Positions 51,384 to 61,053 of a stretch of DNA of 64,000 nt are shown one piece after another. The notes below the pieces were generated by a model. It saw only the letters and a program-made list of their open reading frames with translations. It searched no databases and had not been told where the DNA came from. The stretch comes from an uncultured Polaribacter sp. (GTDB taxonomy: Bacteria; Bacteroidota; Bacteroidia; Flavobacteriales; Flavobacteriaceae): positions 209,589 through 273,588 of the forward strand of contig CANMHT010000004.1 in the NCBI GenBank assembly GCA_947497755.1. Direction: 5' to 3'. The translations under genes and the position numbers were made by a program. Numbering within the stretch: the stretch's first letter is position 1; each line of letters opens with the position of its first letter.

Positions 51384-52214
51384 TTGATCGAACTAAACTC
51401 TTTAATCAAAAAAACATATAAAATAATGGACGTGACCCAAGCACTAAAGAACACAGAAAACTTATTACGTGATTTTATTGCTTTTACATTGAGGAATCGA
51501 TTTAAAGAAAATTGGATTACTAAATGTGGAATATCCAATAATAGAATTGAAATTTGGAAGGAGAGAAAAAAAGTTGAAATAAAACGACAAACTTCTGGAG
51601 TTATTGAAGAAAGGATACTATTCTATGCTGATTTTTATGATTTAAAAACGATTTTAAAAAAACATTGGGGAACAGAATTCTCAAAAGTTTTTGGAGATTG
51701 GAAAACTATGGAAGTTTGGCTCAAGGAAATGGAAAAATTAAGAGACCCTGATGCACACAGACGTGAATTATTACCACATCAAAAGCATTTAATCCTAGGG
51801 ATTTCAGGAGAGATTAGGACACGATTAATAAAATATAGAAGTAAAATGGAGACAAGTGAAGATTTTTTTCCAAGAATTGAAAGCGCAAGAGATAATTTAG
51901 GAAACATAATCACATATGGTCAAAAAAAGAATCAAAACCTATTTAATTTAAAACCTAATGACATTATTGATTTTGTTATAACTGCAAGTGACCCTTTAGG
52001 TGAGAAATTGGAATTTGCAATGACTATAACTGGACAGCATCACAATCCAAAATGGCAAGAAGAAAATACTTTCAATCTCAAAATCAATAACAGTCATATA
52101 AGAATGGGATTTGGAGTAATGTTTTGGTTAAAGAGCCCTAGAAAGTTTCACGCCAAAGATCAGTACGATGACTCAGTCACTTTTGAATATAACATTTTAC
52201 CATCTAAAAACTAA
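51384..52214 (+). CDS. Swt1-like HEPN-domain protein with C-terminal beta domain
   Basis: ENLLRDFI...W; YADFYDLKTILKKHW..F..VF; R-x4-H motif RDPDAH. Confidence 0.65.
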   Translation: MIELNSLIKKTYKIMDVTQALKNTENLLRDFIAFTLRNRFKENWITKCGISNNRIEIWKERKKVEIKRQTSGVIEERILFYADFYDLKTILKKHWGTEFSKVFGDWKTMEVWLKEMEKLRDPDAHRRELLPHQKHLILGISGEIRTRLIKYRSKMETSEDFFPRIESARDNLGNIITYGQKKNQNLFNLKPNDIIDFVITASDPLGEKLEFAMTITGQHHNPKWQEENTFNLKINNSHIRMGFGVMFWLKSPRKFHAKDQYDDSVTFEYNILPSKN

Positions 52215-52400
52215 TGTCGACAATGTATAACTAATTGCTAACTCTACTCTACTTAACAACAAGTCTTTATCTTGTTTTATCGATGTTATTGTTGCTGCAT
52301 TTCCATGACCTGTTAACACCTTTGTTGGATTCAATTTTAAAATAGAATCAAGTGTCTTCATTAAATTAGGAAGCAATCTTTTTAAGTGGTAAAATAACAT
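52197..52400 (-). pseudogene. C-terminal remnant of an MBL-fold hydrolase
   Basis: LDSILKLNPTKVLTGHG resembles the terminal His motif of metallo-beta-lactamase folds; no HxHxDH part upstream. Confidence 0.5.
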
Positions 52401-52457
52401 TAATAAGTGATGTACTTATTTATTAAATCTTTTAAAATACTTATACATTATAAATCA

Positions 52458-52487
52458 AAGAAGGTTGTCAAAAATGACAACCTTCTT
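52458..52487. terminator. Terminator hairpin downstream of slipin
   Basis: aagaaggttgtca/tgacaaccttctt perfect 13-bp stem. Confidence 0.75.
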
Positions 52488-52489
52488 CC

Positions 52490-53590
52490 CTATTTATTTA
52501 CGGTAAAAATCTCTTTTAACTGTTTTACCATATTACCATTACCGCCAAGTGTAATCTCACCAATCTTATCAGCAATTTTCTCTACATACTCCATTTCTTT
52601 TAACTTAAACAACATTTCATTGTTTTCCATTAATTTGGCTGTATTTAATAAGCTTCTAGTAGATGCTGTTTCTTCTCTTCTAGTAATAATATTTGCTTGC
52701 GCTCTTTTTTGGGCAATTAAAACTTGATTCATGATTTCTTTCATATCTCCAGTTAAAATCACATCCCTAATTCCGCAGTTAATTACCTGAATCCCTAGTT
52801 GATTCGTATTCTTAGCTACATCTTCAAATACAGCCGTTGCAATACTTTCTTTTTTCTCTAACAACTCATCTAAAGTATAAGCTCCAACATAACTTCTTAA
52901 AGCCAATTGCATTAAAATATATAATTGTTTTTCGTAATCCTTGTTTTCTAACAAGGCTTTTTCAACATTCGTTACTTTATACTGTGTATAAAAGTTAATT
53001 CTAATGTTTGCTTTGTCTTTGGTTAACAATTCTTGACCAGCAATTTCTAATTGTAACTGCCTCATATCAACTTTTGCTATTTTAATAGTTGTATCATTTT
53101 TCCAAAACCTATAAGTTCCTCCTATTAAGGTTTTAGTATAAACATCATCAACTAATAACACTGCTTTTTCATAAGCAGCAACCTCAAAAGTTCTGATATA
53201 TTTAGTCAATTGATTATTACTAAATAAAGCTTTATCAATATTCTCTGTGATATATACTTTACTTCTATCTACTTTGTAAAATTTTCTATCTAAAAAACCT
53301 TTCCAGTACACATAATTACCTGCTTCCAATACATATTTAAAATTGTTTCTTTCGTACACTAATACGATTTCATTATCCTTTACTTCAACAATTTCTAACA
53401 TTGCAGCTAAAGTGCTATCTTTTAATAAAATTTCTATTGCTACAGCAGTATCAAACTGTTTAGTTAAATCATAAATTCTTACTTCTTGATTTAAAAACAA
53501 CCAGTAATTTCCTTCTGTAATCACTTTTTGGTAATCATCTTTTTTGAAAACCAAACCTACTTTTCCTTTGTTTATTCTTACTATTTTCAT
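52490..53590 (-). CDS. Slipin-family SPFH/band-7 protein
   Basis: GQELLTKDK..R.N, IRDVILTGDMKEIMNQV, REETASTRSLLNTAKLME; likely start MKIVRINKG at 53590. Confidence 0.9.
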   Translation of the reverse strand: MKIVRINKGKVGLVFKKDDYQKVITEGNYWLFLNQEVRIYDLTKQFDTAVAIEILLKDSTLAAMLEIVEVKDNEIVLVYERNNFKYVLEAGNYVYWKGFLDRKFYKVDRSKVYITENIDKALFSNNQLTKYIRTFEVAAYEKAVLLVDDVYTKTLIGGTYRFWKNDTTIKIAKVDMRQLQLEIAGQELLTKDKANIRINFYTQYKVTNVEKALLENKDYEKQLYILMQLALRSYVGAYTLDELLEKKESIATAVFEDVAKNTNQLGIQVINCGIRDVILTGDMKEIMNQVLIAQKRAQANIITRREETASTRSLLNTAKLMENNEMLFKLKEMEYVEKIADKIGEITLGGNGNMVKQLKEIFTVNK

Positions 53591-53926
53591 TGTATTTTTT
53601 TTATTAGAATAATTCAACATTTATTACATAATTTCTATCAATAGAAATTGTTTTTCTTAATTAAAAACGGTGCGTCCAAATGCTTAACTAAGCACGGAAA
53701 TAATCAATCTAAAAAAAGGCCGTTACTCATTTTTAAAAATGGATTGATATCGCAATATGAAATCAATTGATTGATAAAAAATCATTACTTTCTATTTTCA
53801 GTATTAAAAACTTCAAGTTCTTTTTTAAGTGTTTATTTAAAAACTCATTTAGAACACATCGTTTTTTTGTTTACCATCAGTTTTATAAGTTGATGAGCTT
53901 ACTTGATGAAATTAGTTCATCTTTCT

Positions 53927-53993
53927 CTAGAACCTAAATCTAGTGTCCTACCAATTAGACGATATCCATTAGGATAGTGGGACTCGAACCCAC
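53927..53993 (-). ncRNA. Circularly permuted tRNA mimic B (T-arm, closed acceptor hairpin, D-arm, full anticodon arm with TAG)
   Basis: gtggg-TTCGAGT-cccac / tatcc-taat-ggata / tcgtctaattggtaggac / ctaga-tttaggt-tctag. Confidence 0.8.
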
Positions 53994-54002
53994 ACATGAA
54001 AC

Positions 54003-54072
54003 TTCTATTGCTCTAACCAGGCTAAGCTACATAACTGCTGTTATGGAAGGATTCGAACCTTCGTACATAGAA
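54003..54072 (-). ncRNA. Circularly permuted tRNA mimic A (YrlA-like)
   Basis: ttctat-gtac-gaagg-TTCGAAT-ccttc-cataac-agca-gttatg-tagcttagcctggttagagc-a-atagaa; every stem pairs. Confidence 0.85.
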
Positions 54073-54318
54073 TTGTGATTATTTTTTGGTGAATAATCGA
54101 AACCTTCAAGTCAAGTTGCATATAACTATCGAATACATAAACTGTACGTAATTATACAATGGTGTTATACAGAAACACTCAACAAGACTTACTTGATATT
54201 TTTAGTTGTTAATGAACTTTTTAAAATGCCCCACTATACTTTATATAGCGAGGACTTTTGCAATTTTCCCACTTCACGTGTTCTTTTTCATAAATACGCT
54301 ACAAAGATTTCACCCTGT

Positions 54319-54337
54319 TACGCAATGATTTTGCGTA
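54319..54337. promoter_or_regulatory. Palindromic operator TACGCAA-N5-TTGCGTA, copy 1
   Basis: Perfect dyad 13 bp from the TTTG of a minus-strand -7-like element (AAtcTTTG, 54302..54309). Confidence 0.8.
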
Positions 54338-54343
54338 CCAAAA

Positions 54344-54871
54344 TTATTTTTCATTTTTTTTCTCTTTTTCACTTACTTTGGTTTTCTTTTTCTTTGGCAT
54401 TTTCCCTTTTATACGTTCTTTAGCTTCAGTAACTACACACAGAATATCTGAACTATACCCATGTATTTTGGCTTGTTTTAAAAAAGATAAGGCTTCTTTA
54501 TACTTTTTTAAATGCTCATATAAGAGCGCTTTCTTTATATATAACATGGCCTTATCCAATCCTTTAACAGTAATTCCAAAATCAATAAAATCTTCTGCCT
54601 CTTTATAATCTTCGTTCCATAACAAAGCATCTATATAATGTGGATATACTTCAAATGCATGTACGTTTTCTGCTAAGGCTTCTTTGTAATACAAAATTGC
54701 TTCTTCGTATTTGTACAATTTTTCTGCATACACTCTCCCCATTAATGTCAATGCCATGGTGTTTTTTTCATCATAAGACAAGGCATAATTCAATGCTTCC
54801 ATTACCTCTTCCAAATCATAAGGGTAATTCTCTAAAGCTTTAAAAACATAATTGTTAATCAATGTTCCCAT
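54344..54871 (-). CDS. TPR-repeat protein
   Basis: ALTLMGRVYAEKLYKYEEAILYYKEAL and related TPR helices; last gene of the rtcB-prfH operon. Confidence 0.85.
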   Translation of the reverse strand: MGTLINNYVFKALENYPYDLEEVMEALNYALSYDEKNTMALTLMGRVYAEKLYKYEEAILYYKEALAENVHAFEVYPHYIDALLWNEDYKEAEDFIDFGITVKGLDKAMLYIKKALLYEHLKKYKEALSFLKQAKIHGYSSDILCVVTEAKERIKGKMPKKKKTKVSEKEKKNEK

Positions 54872-54874
54872 GTT

Positions 54875-55567
54875 TTATTCTAATTGTTTTTTCAAATCAT
54901 TTTTTAATTCGTTTCTTTTTTTCTTAAATGATTTGACTTTCTTTTTCTGTTTAAAATCATTCCCTGTAAATACTCTTACAGGATTTCCTCTTTCTACTAC
55001 CTGATGATTCATACATTGATTCTCAAGTTGCTTACTGGTTTGTTCTCTATTAAAATTGAGTACCTTCTCTTGCAATCTCTTGATGGCAATCTTTTTATTT
55101 TGATGCTGAGATCTGCTATCCATTACCAACACTTGCAATCCAGTTTTTAAGTGTTTTGCTCTAATTGCAGAACTTACTTTATTTACATGCTGGCCACCAG
55201 CTCCAGAACTTCGAATTGCCTGAAATTGAATTTCGTTTTCTTTTATTTCTAAAGAAGTTGCTAGATCAATCTCAAAACAACCAATAAACCAATTTTTACG
55301 TTGGTGGTATTTTCTAAAAGTAGATTTACCAATCCACTGAATAGTACCTAACCAATTATTTAAAAAACTGGCAAGTTGATGTCCATCTAATTGTATACTT
55401 ACCGATTGTACAGTGCCGTTTTGTAATCCGTTTTCTTTGTGTAGCATTGCATATTCAATATTGTTTTGTTGCAATTCTTTTAAAAAGATTTTTAACACTT
55501 TAGCTACTACAAAGGCACATTCTTCTGGGCCTTTACCTGCCGATATTTGTATTACTTTTGTTTCCAT
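54875..55567 (-). CDS. prfH: Peptide chain release factor H
   Basis: QISAGKGPEEC N-terminus, RSSGAGGQHVNK (GGQ), RSQHQNK; adjacent to rtcB. Confidence 0.92.
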   Translation of the reverse strand: METKVIQISAGKGPEECAFVVAKVLKIFLKELQQNNIEYAMLHKENGLQNGTVQSVSIQLDGHQLASFLNNWLGTIQWIGKSTFRKYHQRKNWFIGCFEIDLATSLEIKENEIQFQAIRSSGAGGQHVNKVSSAIRAKHLKTGLQVLVMDSRSQHQNKKIAIKRLQEKVLNFNREQTSKQLENQCMNHQVVERGNPVRVFTGNDFKQKKKVKSFKKKRNELKNDLKKQLE

Positions 55568-55655
55568 AATTTTTTATAGTAGAGAAAAAAAGAGAAGAGA
55601 TAAAAGACTCTTATTAATTAGACCTTTCTTTTATGTATTCTATTTTCTTATCTCT

Positions 55656-57047
55656 TTATTTATCCATTCTAACAATTTTAGGAGTAAATGTTCCTAGTAC
55701 TTCTACCAATTCTTGCTGATTAGACATTACCTTTTTTATATTCTTATAAGCCATAGGAGCTTCATCCACTCCTCCTCCAATCAATGTCACATCATTCATT
55801 TTTAATTGATACTTTACATCACTTTTGGTAAACTTCTCTTTACATTTTCTACGCGAATATTTTCTTCCTGCTCCGTGAGAAGCAGATTGTAAACTTTCTG
55901 TATTTCCCAAACCTCTAACAATAAATCCTGGAGCTGTCATAGAACCTGGAATAATTCCTAATTCACCACGCTTTGCAGGCGTAGCTCCTTTTCTATGCAC
56001 AATACATTCTTTACCATTTACCATTTCTTTCCAAGCAAAATTATGATGGTTCTCAATCTTAACTAAAGGCTTTGCTCCTAGTAACTTTGCGATACGTTCA
56101 TGAATATTATCATGACAAGCTTTGGCATAATCACCGGCTAAATTCATAGCCAACCAATATTCTTGTCCGTCATGAGTATTCATATCTAACCAAGCTAAAT
56201 GTTGAACGTTTTTAGGTAAATAACACTGTTTGGTTGCCAAATAAGTATAATGCTTCGCAATATTTGCTCCTAAACTTCTTGAACCACTATGTGATAACAC
56301 GCCTAAATACTCGCCTATTTTTAATCCAAATTCATTGTGCTCTTCTGTAATTGATACCGATCCAAATTCAACAAAATGATTTCCTCCTCCAGAAGTTCCT
56401 AATTGTTTGTACGCTTTATCTTTTAAGCGTTTAATTAATGGAATCTCTGTAAACTCATCTCTATAAAATATTTCATGATCTTGTTTTTTATCATGCGTTT
56501 CTCGCATACCAAACTTTGTATGATTTTTTAAAATATTTTCATATTGATGTTGCTTTCCTTTTAAAAAAGAAACCGGAATTGGATAAACAGTTAAGCACAT
56601 TCTACAACCAATATCAACTCCAACTCCATACGGAATTACCGCATTGTCTGTAGCTAATACGCCACCAATTGGCAAACCATAACCACTATGTGCATCTGGC
56701 ATTAATGCTCCTTGTACCGCAATAGGTAATTTTAAAGCATCGTATAATTGATACTTTGCTTGCTCATCAATTTCATCTTCTCCATAAATAGAAAACGGTA
56801 CTCGTGTATTTCTCAATTGGTGCATTTTAACTGCAACTGGTGTTACCAAACCTTCGGCAACTTTTCCCCAAATCGCATTTCCTTGAAACTTTTCTGGATG
56901 TTTTAATACTTCTTTAGCCTCTTCTAAAATGCGTTCCTTTTTTTCTTTTTTTCTGTATCTATTGATTTGCCCTAAAGCAATATTGATACTATTATTCTTT
57001 GGGAATCCTAATTTTATTAGGTCTTTCCCTTTTAATTTATTTCCCAT
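55656..57047 (-). CDS. rtcB: RtcB-family RNA ligase (PrfH-linked)
   Basis: MPDAHSGYGLPIGG, VGVDIGC, GGGNHF, HSGSR, HHN, HRKGAT, HGAGR. Confidence 0.95.
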   Translation of the reverse strand: MGNKLKGKDLIKLGFPKNNSINIALGQINRYRKKEKKERILEEAKEVLKHPEKFQGNAIWGKVAEGLVTPVAVKMHQLRNTRVPFSIYGEDEIDEQAKYQLYDALKLPIAVQGALMPDAHSGYGLPIGGVLATDNAVIPYGVGVDIGCRMCLTVYPIPVSFLKGKQHQYENILKNHTKFGMRETHDKKQDHEIFYRDEFTEIPLIKRLKDKAYKQLGTSGGGNHFVEFGSVSITEEHNEFGLKIGEYLGVLSHSGSRSLGANIAKHYTYLATKQCYLPKNVQHLAWLDMNTHDGQEYWLAMNLAGDYAKACHDNIHERIAKLLGAKPLVKIENHHNFAWKEMVNGKECIVHRKGATPAKRGELGIIPGSMTAPGFIVRGLGNTESLQSASHGAGRKYSRRKCKEKFTKSDVKYQLKMNDVTLIGGGVDEAPMAYKNIKKVMSNQQELVEVLGTFTPKIVRMDK

Positions 57048-57155
57048 AATTTTAAGATGTATAATTCTATAGAAGTCAACTTTTTGCTGATTCTTTTTAC
57101 ATTCCTGCTTTGTGGAATGCTGATTGGTTTCGGAAAATTCTTAGGAAATACTCAT

Positions 57156-57190
57156 AAAAAAAGTCCGAAATTTTACAACTCCGGACTTTT
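57156..57190 (-). terminator. Leader terminator upstream of rtcB-prfH
   Basis: aaaagtccg/cggactttt stem followed by a U7 tract on the minus strand, ~110 nt before the rtcB ATG. Confidence 0.8.
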
Positions 57191-57209
57191 CATATATAAT
57201 AGATTCTTA

Positions 57210-57296
57210 CTATTTGTAATGTTGAAAGTCGCGAAGTATACATAGCATAGAACCTGGTTCTAATTGTATGTCTTTGTTTAAATGATAATTGAACAT
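57210..57296 (-). CDS. Putative leader peptide MFNYHLNKDIQLEPGSMLCILRDFQHYK
   Basis: 28-aa ORF between a perfect TAggTTTG promoter and the leader terminator. Confidence 0.5.
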   Translation of the reverse strand: MFNYHLNKDIQLEPGSMLCILRDFQHYK

Positions 57297-57338
57297 TGTA
57301 CTTCGTTTTTAACTGTTATTTGTTGCTTTATTGCGATG

Positions 57339-57348
57339 CAAACCTAAA
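57339..57348 (-). promoter_or_regulatory. Bacteroidota -7 promoter TAGGTTTG for the rtcB-prfH leader
   Basis: Plus strand caaaccta within ...gatgcaaacctaaaacc. Confidence 0.65.
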
Positions 57349-57534
57349 ACCAATTTTTGAATTACACAAATAAAAAATTAATTTATTTTGTTGAAAACCA
57401 ATTAGTTACACCGTATTTAGACAATAAAATTCCTGTCCGCTTTAGAGCAGATATCTAATTCCCTGATGGTCTGATATGTAATGAAACTTTACACGATCTT
57501 TTAGCATCTATTAATGGTTCATTTTTTTTACAAA

Positions 57535-57568
57535 AAAAGCGTCCAAAAAATACATTTTGGACGCTTTT
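57535..57568. terminator. Terminator-like hairpin
   Basis: aaaagcgtccaaaa/ttttggacgctttt 14-bp stem. Confidence 0.7.
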
Positions 57569-57761
57569 GCTATCTTTTTAAAAATTTTTACCTAGAATAC
57601 AGCTCTAAAAAGTCGCAGTTTAGCGTCCAATTTATGTAATTTTAATAGCATCATAGGTTCTAACTTTTGTTTTTTCTTGTTTTTATTGATTGCAAATATG
57701 CAAGAAATTTAATGAATGTTCCAAATTTTAATTGTAAAACTTATTTCTAAATACTTATCTT

Positions 57762-58364
57762 TTAATCTGTAGTTGAAGCAACTATACCAATAAAATAATC
57801 TTTTTTATGTGAATAGATTGTCCAATAGAATTCTCCCCACCATTCTTTTCCCTCATCAAAATATGTTGAAAAATCTGTACTCCATTTATACACTTCAATA
57901 AAACTTAAATCACCAAATATTTTTTTAAAAAAATCAAAGAAAAAATCTCCTTCTTCTTTAATGCTTTTCTTAAGTTTTATACCATAAGGTGTTTCAAAAA
58001 AAGCATATCCCAACCCTCCGTTTAAGTATGTTATAGAAACTTCTTTATTAGATTTATGTTTAAAATACTTATTCCAATTTTTCTTTCTCCCTTTTAAGAT
58101 TATTTCTTCTTCATCTATATTAACAAGGTTTCCATAAAATTCACTCAAAGAAATTTTCTCTCCCGAGTTAAAAAAATCTTGTTCTTTTTCTTTAGATAGC
58201 AAATCATTATTAATTGTATTTAACGCAGTATCAAAATGTAAATCTTTACGCTTTAAATCTATATAATCTCTATTTTTAAAAACTTTAAATTCCAAAACAC
58301 CTCTAGCAATTTCAAACTCTTTAATCATTTGTTTTAATTTCTTGTCCAAACATACTTCTTCCAT
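57762..58364 (-). CDS. Hypothetical protein, co-transcribed with the distal rtcB
   Basis: 200-aa ORF with Trp-rich C-terminus WSTDFSTYFDEGKEWWGEFYWTIY...ASTTD. Confidence 0.7.
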   Translation of the reverse strand: MEEVCLDKKLKQMIKEFEIARGVLEFKVFKNRDYIDLKRKDLHFDTALNTINNDLLSKEKEQDFFNSGEKISLSEFYGNLVNIDEEEIILKGRKKNWNKYFKHKSNKEVSITYLNGGLGYAFFETPYGIKLKKSIKEEGDFFFDFFKKIFGDLSFIEVYKWSTDFSTYFDEGKEWWGEFYWTIYSHKKDYFIGIVASTTD

Positions 58365-58381
58365 GTTCTTTTTAATTTTAC

Positions 58382-59845
<1,464 letters not shown>

Positions 59846-59853
59846 TTACTTAT

Positions 59854-59872
59854 TACGCAATCTTTTTGCGTA
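59854..59872. promoter_or_regulatory. Palindromic operator TACGCAA-N5-TTGCGTA, copy 2
   Basis: Between the divergent rtcB and WYL genes; same 13-bp spacing to a -7-like TTTG as copy 1. Confidence 0.8.
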
Positions 59873-59909
59873 GCAATAAGTATTTTCTATTTTTATCAAA
59901 AAAAATAAA

Positions 59910-60950
59910 ATGGCTTCAAATAAAAATGCGCTTATCAGATACAAAACTATAGACCAATGTCTACGAAACACAATGAAAAAGTGGACATTAGATGATTTAA
60001 TTGAAGCCTGTTCTGATGCCTTGTATGAATATGAAGGGAAAGATGTATATGTTAGTAAACGCACCATTCAATTAGACATTCAATTGATGCGTAGCGATAA
60101 ATTAGGATACAACGCTCCTATTGAAGTTTATGATAGAAAATACTATAGGTATGGAGAAAATGGATACAGCATAAAAAATATTCCTGTAACCGATAATGAC
60201 ATAAAAATTATGAATGATGCCATTCAAATGCTTCGTCAGTTTAAAGACTTTTCTTTATTTCAAGAAATGGATGGAGTACTACAACGGCTAGAAGATTCTG
60301 TTTATTCATCGCAAAAAAATAATCGTCCAATTATTCACTTAGAAAAGAATGAACAACTGAAAGGTTTAAAATACATTGATCCTATTTATGAAGCTATTCA
60401 GAATAAAAAAGTAATCAAAATTACATATCAATCTTTTAAAGCTCGAAATCCAAGTGATATAATTGTGCATCCGCAACTATTAAAAGAATATAACAATCGA
60501 TGGTTTTTATTAAGTATTACCAAAAAAAGACAATTTATAACTTTAGCACTAGATAGAATGTCTAATATCATTTATGAAGAAGCCGCAGAATATGATGATT
60601 TAAAAATTGATGGTGATACTTATTATAGAAATGTTATTGGAGCTACAGTATCAAATTCACGTGCTGAGCGCATTCAATTTTGGATTGACAAAGAAAACGC
60701 TCCTTATGTCATAACCAAACCTTTCCATAAAAGTCAACGCCTAATTAAACATACCAACGATGGAGTGATTTTTAATATTCTAGTGCAAATAAATTTTGAA
60801 TTAGAACGTAAAATCTTAGGGTTTGGCGATGCTATTGAAGTTCAAAAACCTCTGCGATTACGAAAACGTATGATTGAAAAATTAAATAAATCTATTAATA
60901 GATATTCTCTAACTGATAACGAAACCCAACAACTAAAAAATCCGTCTTAA
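59910..60950 (+). CDS. WYL-domain transcriptional regulator (wHTH-WYL-WCX)
   Basis: VSKRTIQLDIQLMR HTH; ITYQSF, HPQLLKEYNNRWFLL, LALDRM WYL motifs. Confidence 0.92.
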   Translation: MASNKNALIRYKTIDQCLRNTMKKWTLDDLIEACSDALYEYEGKDVYVSKRTIQLDIQLMRSDKLGYNAPIEVYDRKYYRYGENGYSIKNIPVTDNDIKIMNDAIQMLRQFKDFSLFQEMDGVLQRLEDSVYSSQKNNRPIIHLEKNEQLKGLKYIDPIYEAIQNKKVIKITYQSFKARNPSDIIVHPQLLKEYNNRWFLLSITKKRQFITLALDRMSNIIYEEAAEYDDLKIDGDTYYRNVIGATVSNSRAERIQFWIDKENAPYVITKPFHKSQRLIKHTNDGVIFNILVQINFELERKILGFGDAIEVQKPLRLRKRMIEKLNKSINRYSLTDNETQQLKNPS

Positions 60951-60961
60951 AAAGACGGATT
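60939..60961. terminator. Bidirectional terminator
   Basis: aatccgtctt/aagacggatt stem between convergent genes. Confidence 0.75.
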
Positions 60962-61053
60962 CTTAGTATTAAAAAACAACTGGCATTTAAATAATTATTG
61001 GTTTTAATTATAGTCCCCTAACTTAATTTAAAATGCTAGTGCTAATTCTTTCT

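Noticed and set aside
52407-52727. 106-aa plus-strand ORF
   Set aside because: Antisense to the slipin 3' end
53927-54072. Calling these canonical tRNA genes (e.g. tRNA-Leu TAG)
   Set aside because: Read linearly, no 5' acceptor strand pairs with a downstream 3' strand and there is no CCA or discriminator end; the acceptor halves only pair in permuted order
54073-54112. A third tRNA-mimic unit (gaaggtttcgattattcacc...)
   Set aside because: It has a TTCGA-like loop and a gattatt/aataatc hairpin but no proper T stem or D arm; at most a degraded unit
54193-54423. 76-aa plus-strand ORF over the ncRNA promoter
   Set aside because: Antisense to the TPR gene end and the operator; low-complexity translation
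55570-55655. Purine/pyrimidine-skewed hairpin between rtcB and prfH
   Set aside because: Low-complexity aagagataa/ttatctctt pairing; it could be an mRNA-stabilising stem but is not distinguishable from chance
57400-57700. Possible gene remnant or repeated gcgtccaa motif in the spacer between the rtcB units
   Set aside because: Translations have stops and no family motif; two of the gcgtccaa copies are the arms of one terminator and the others show no consistent spacing
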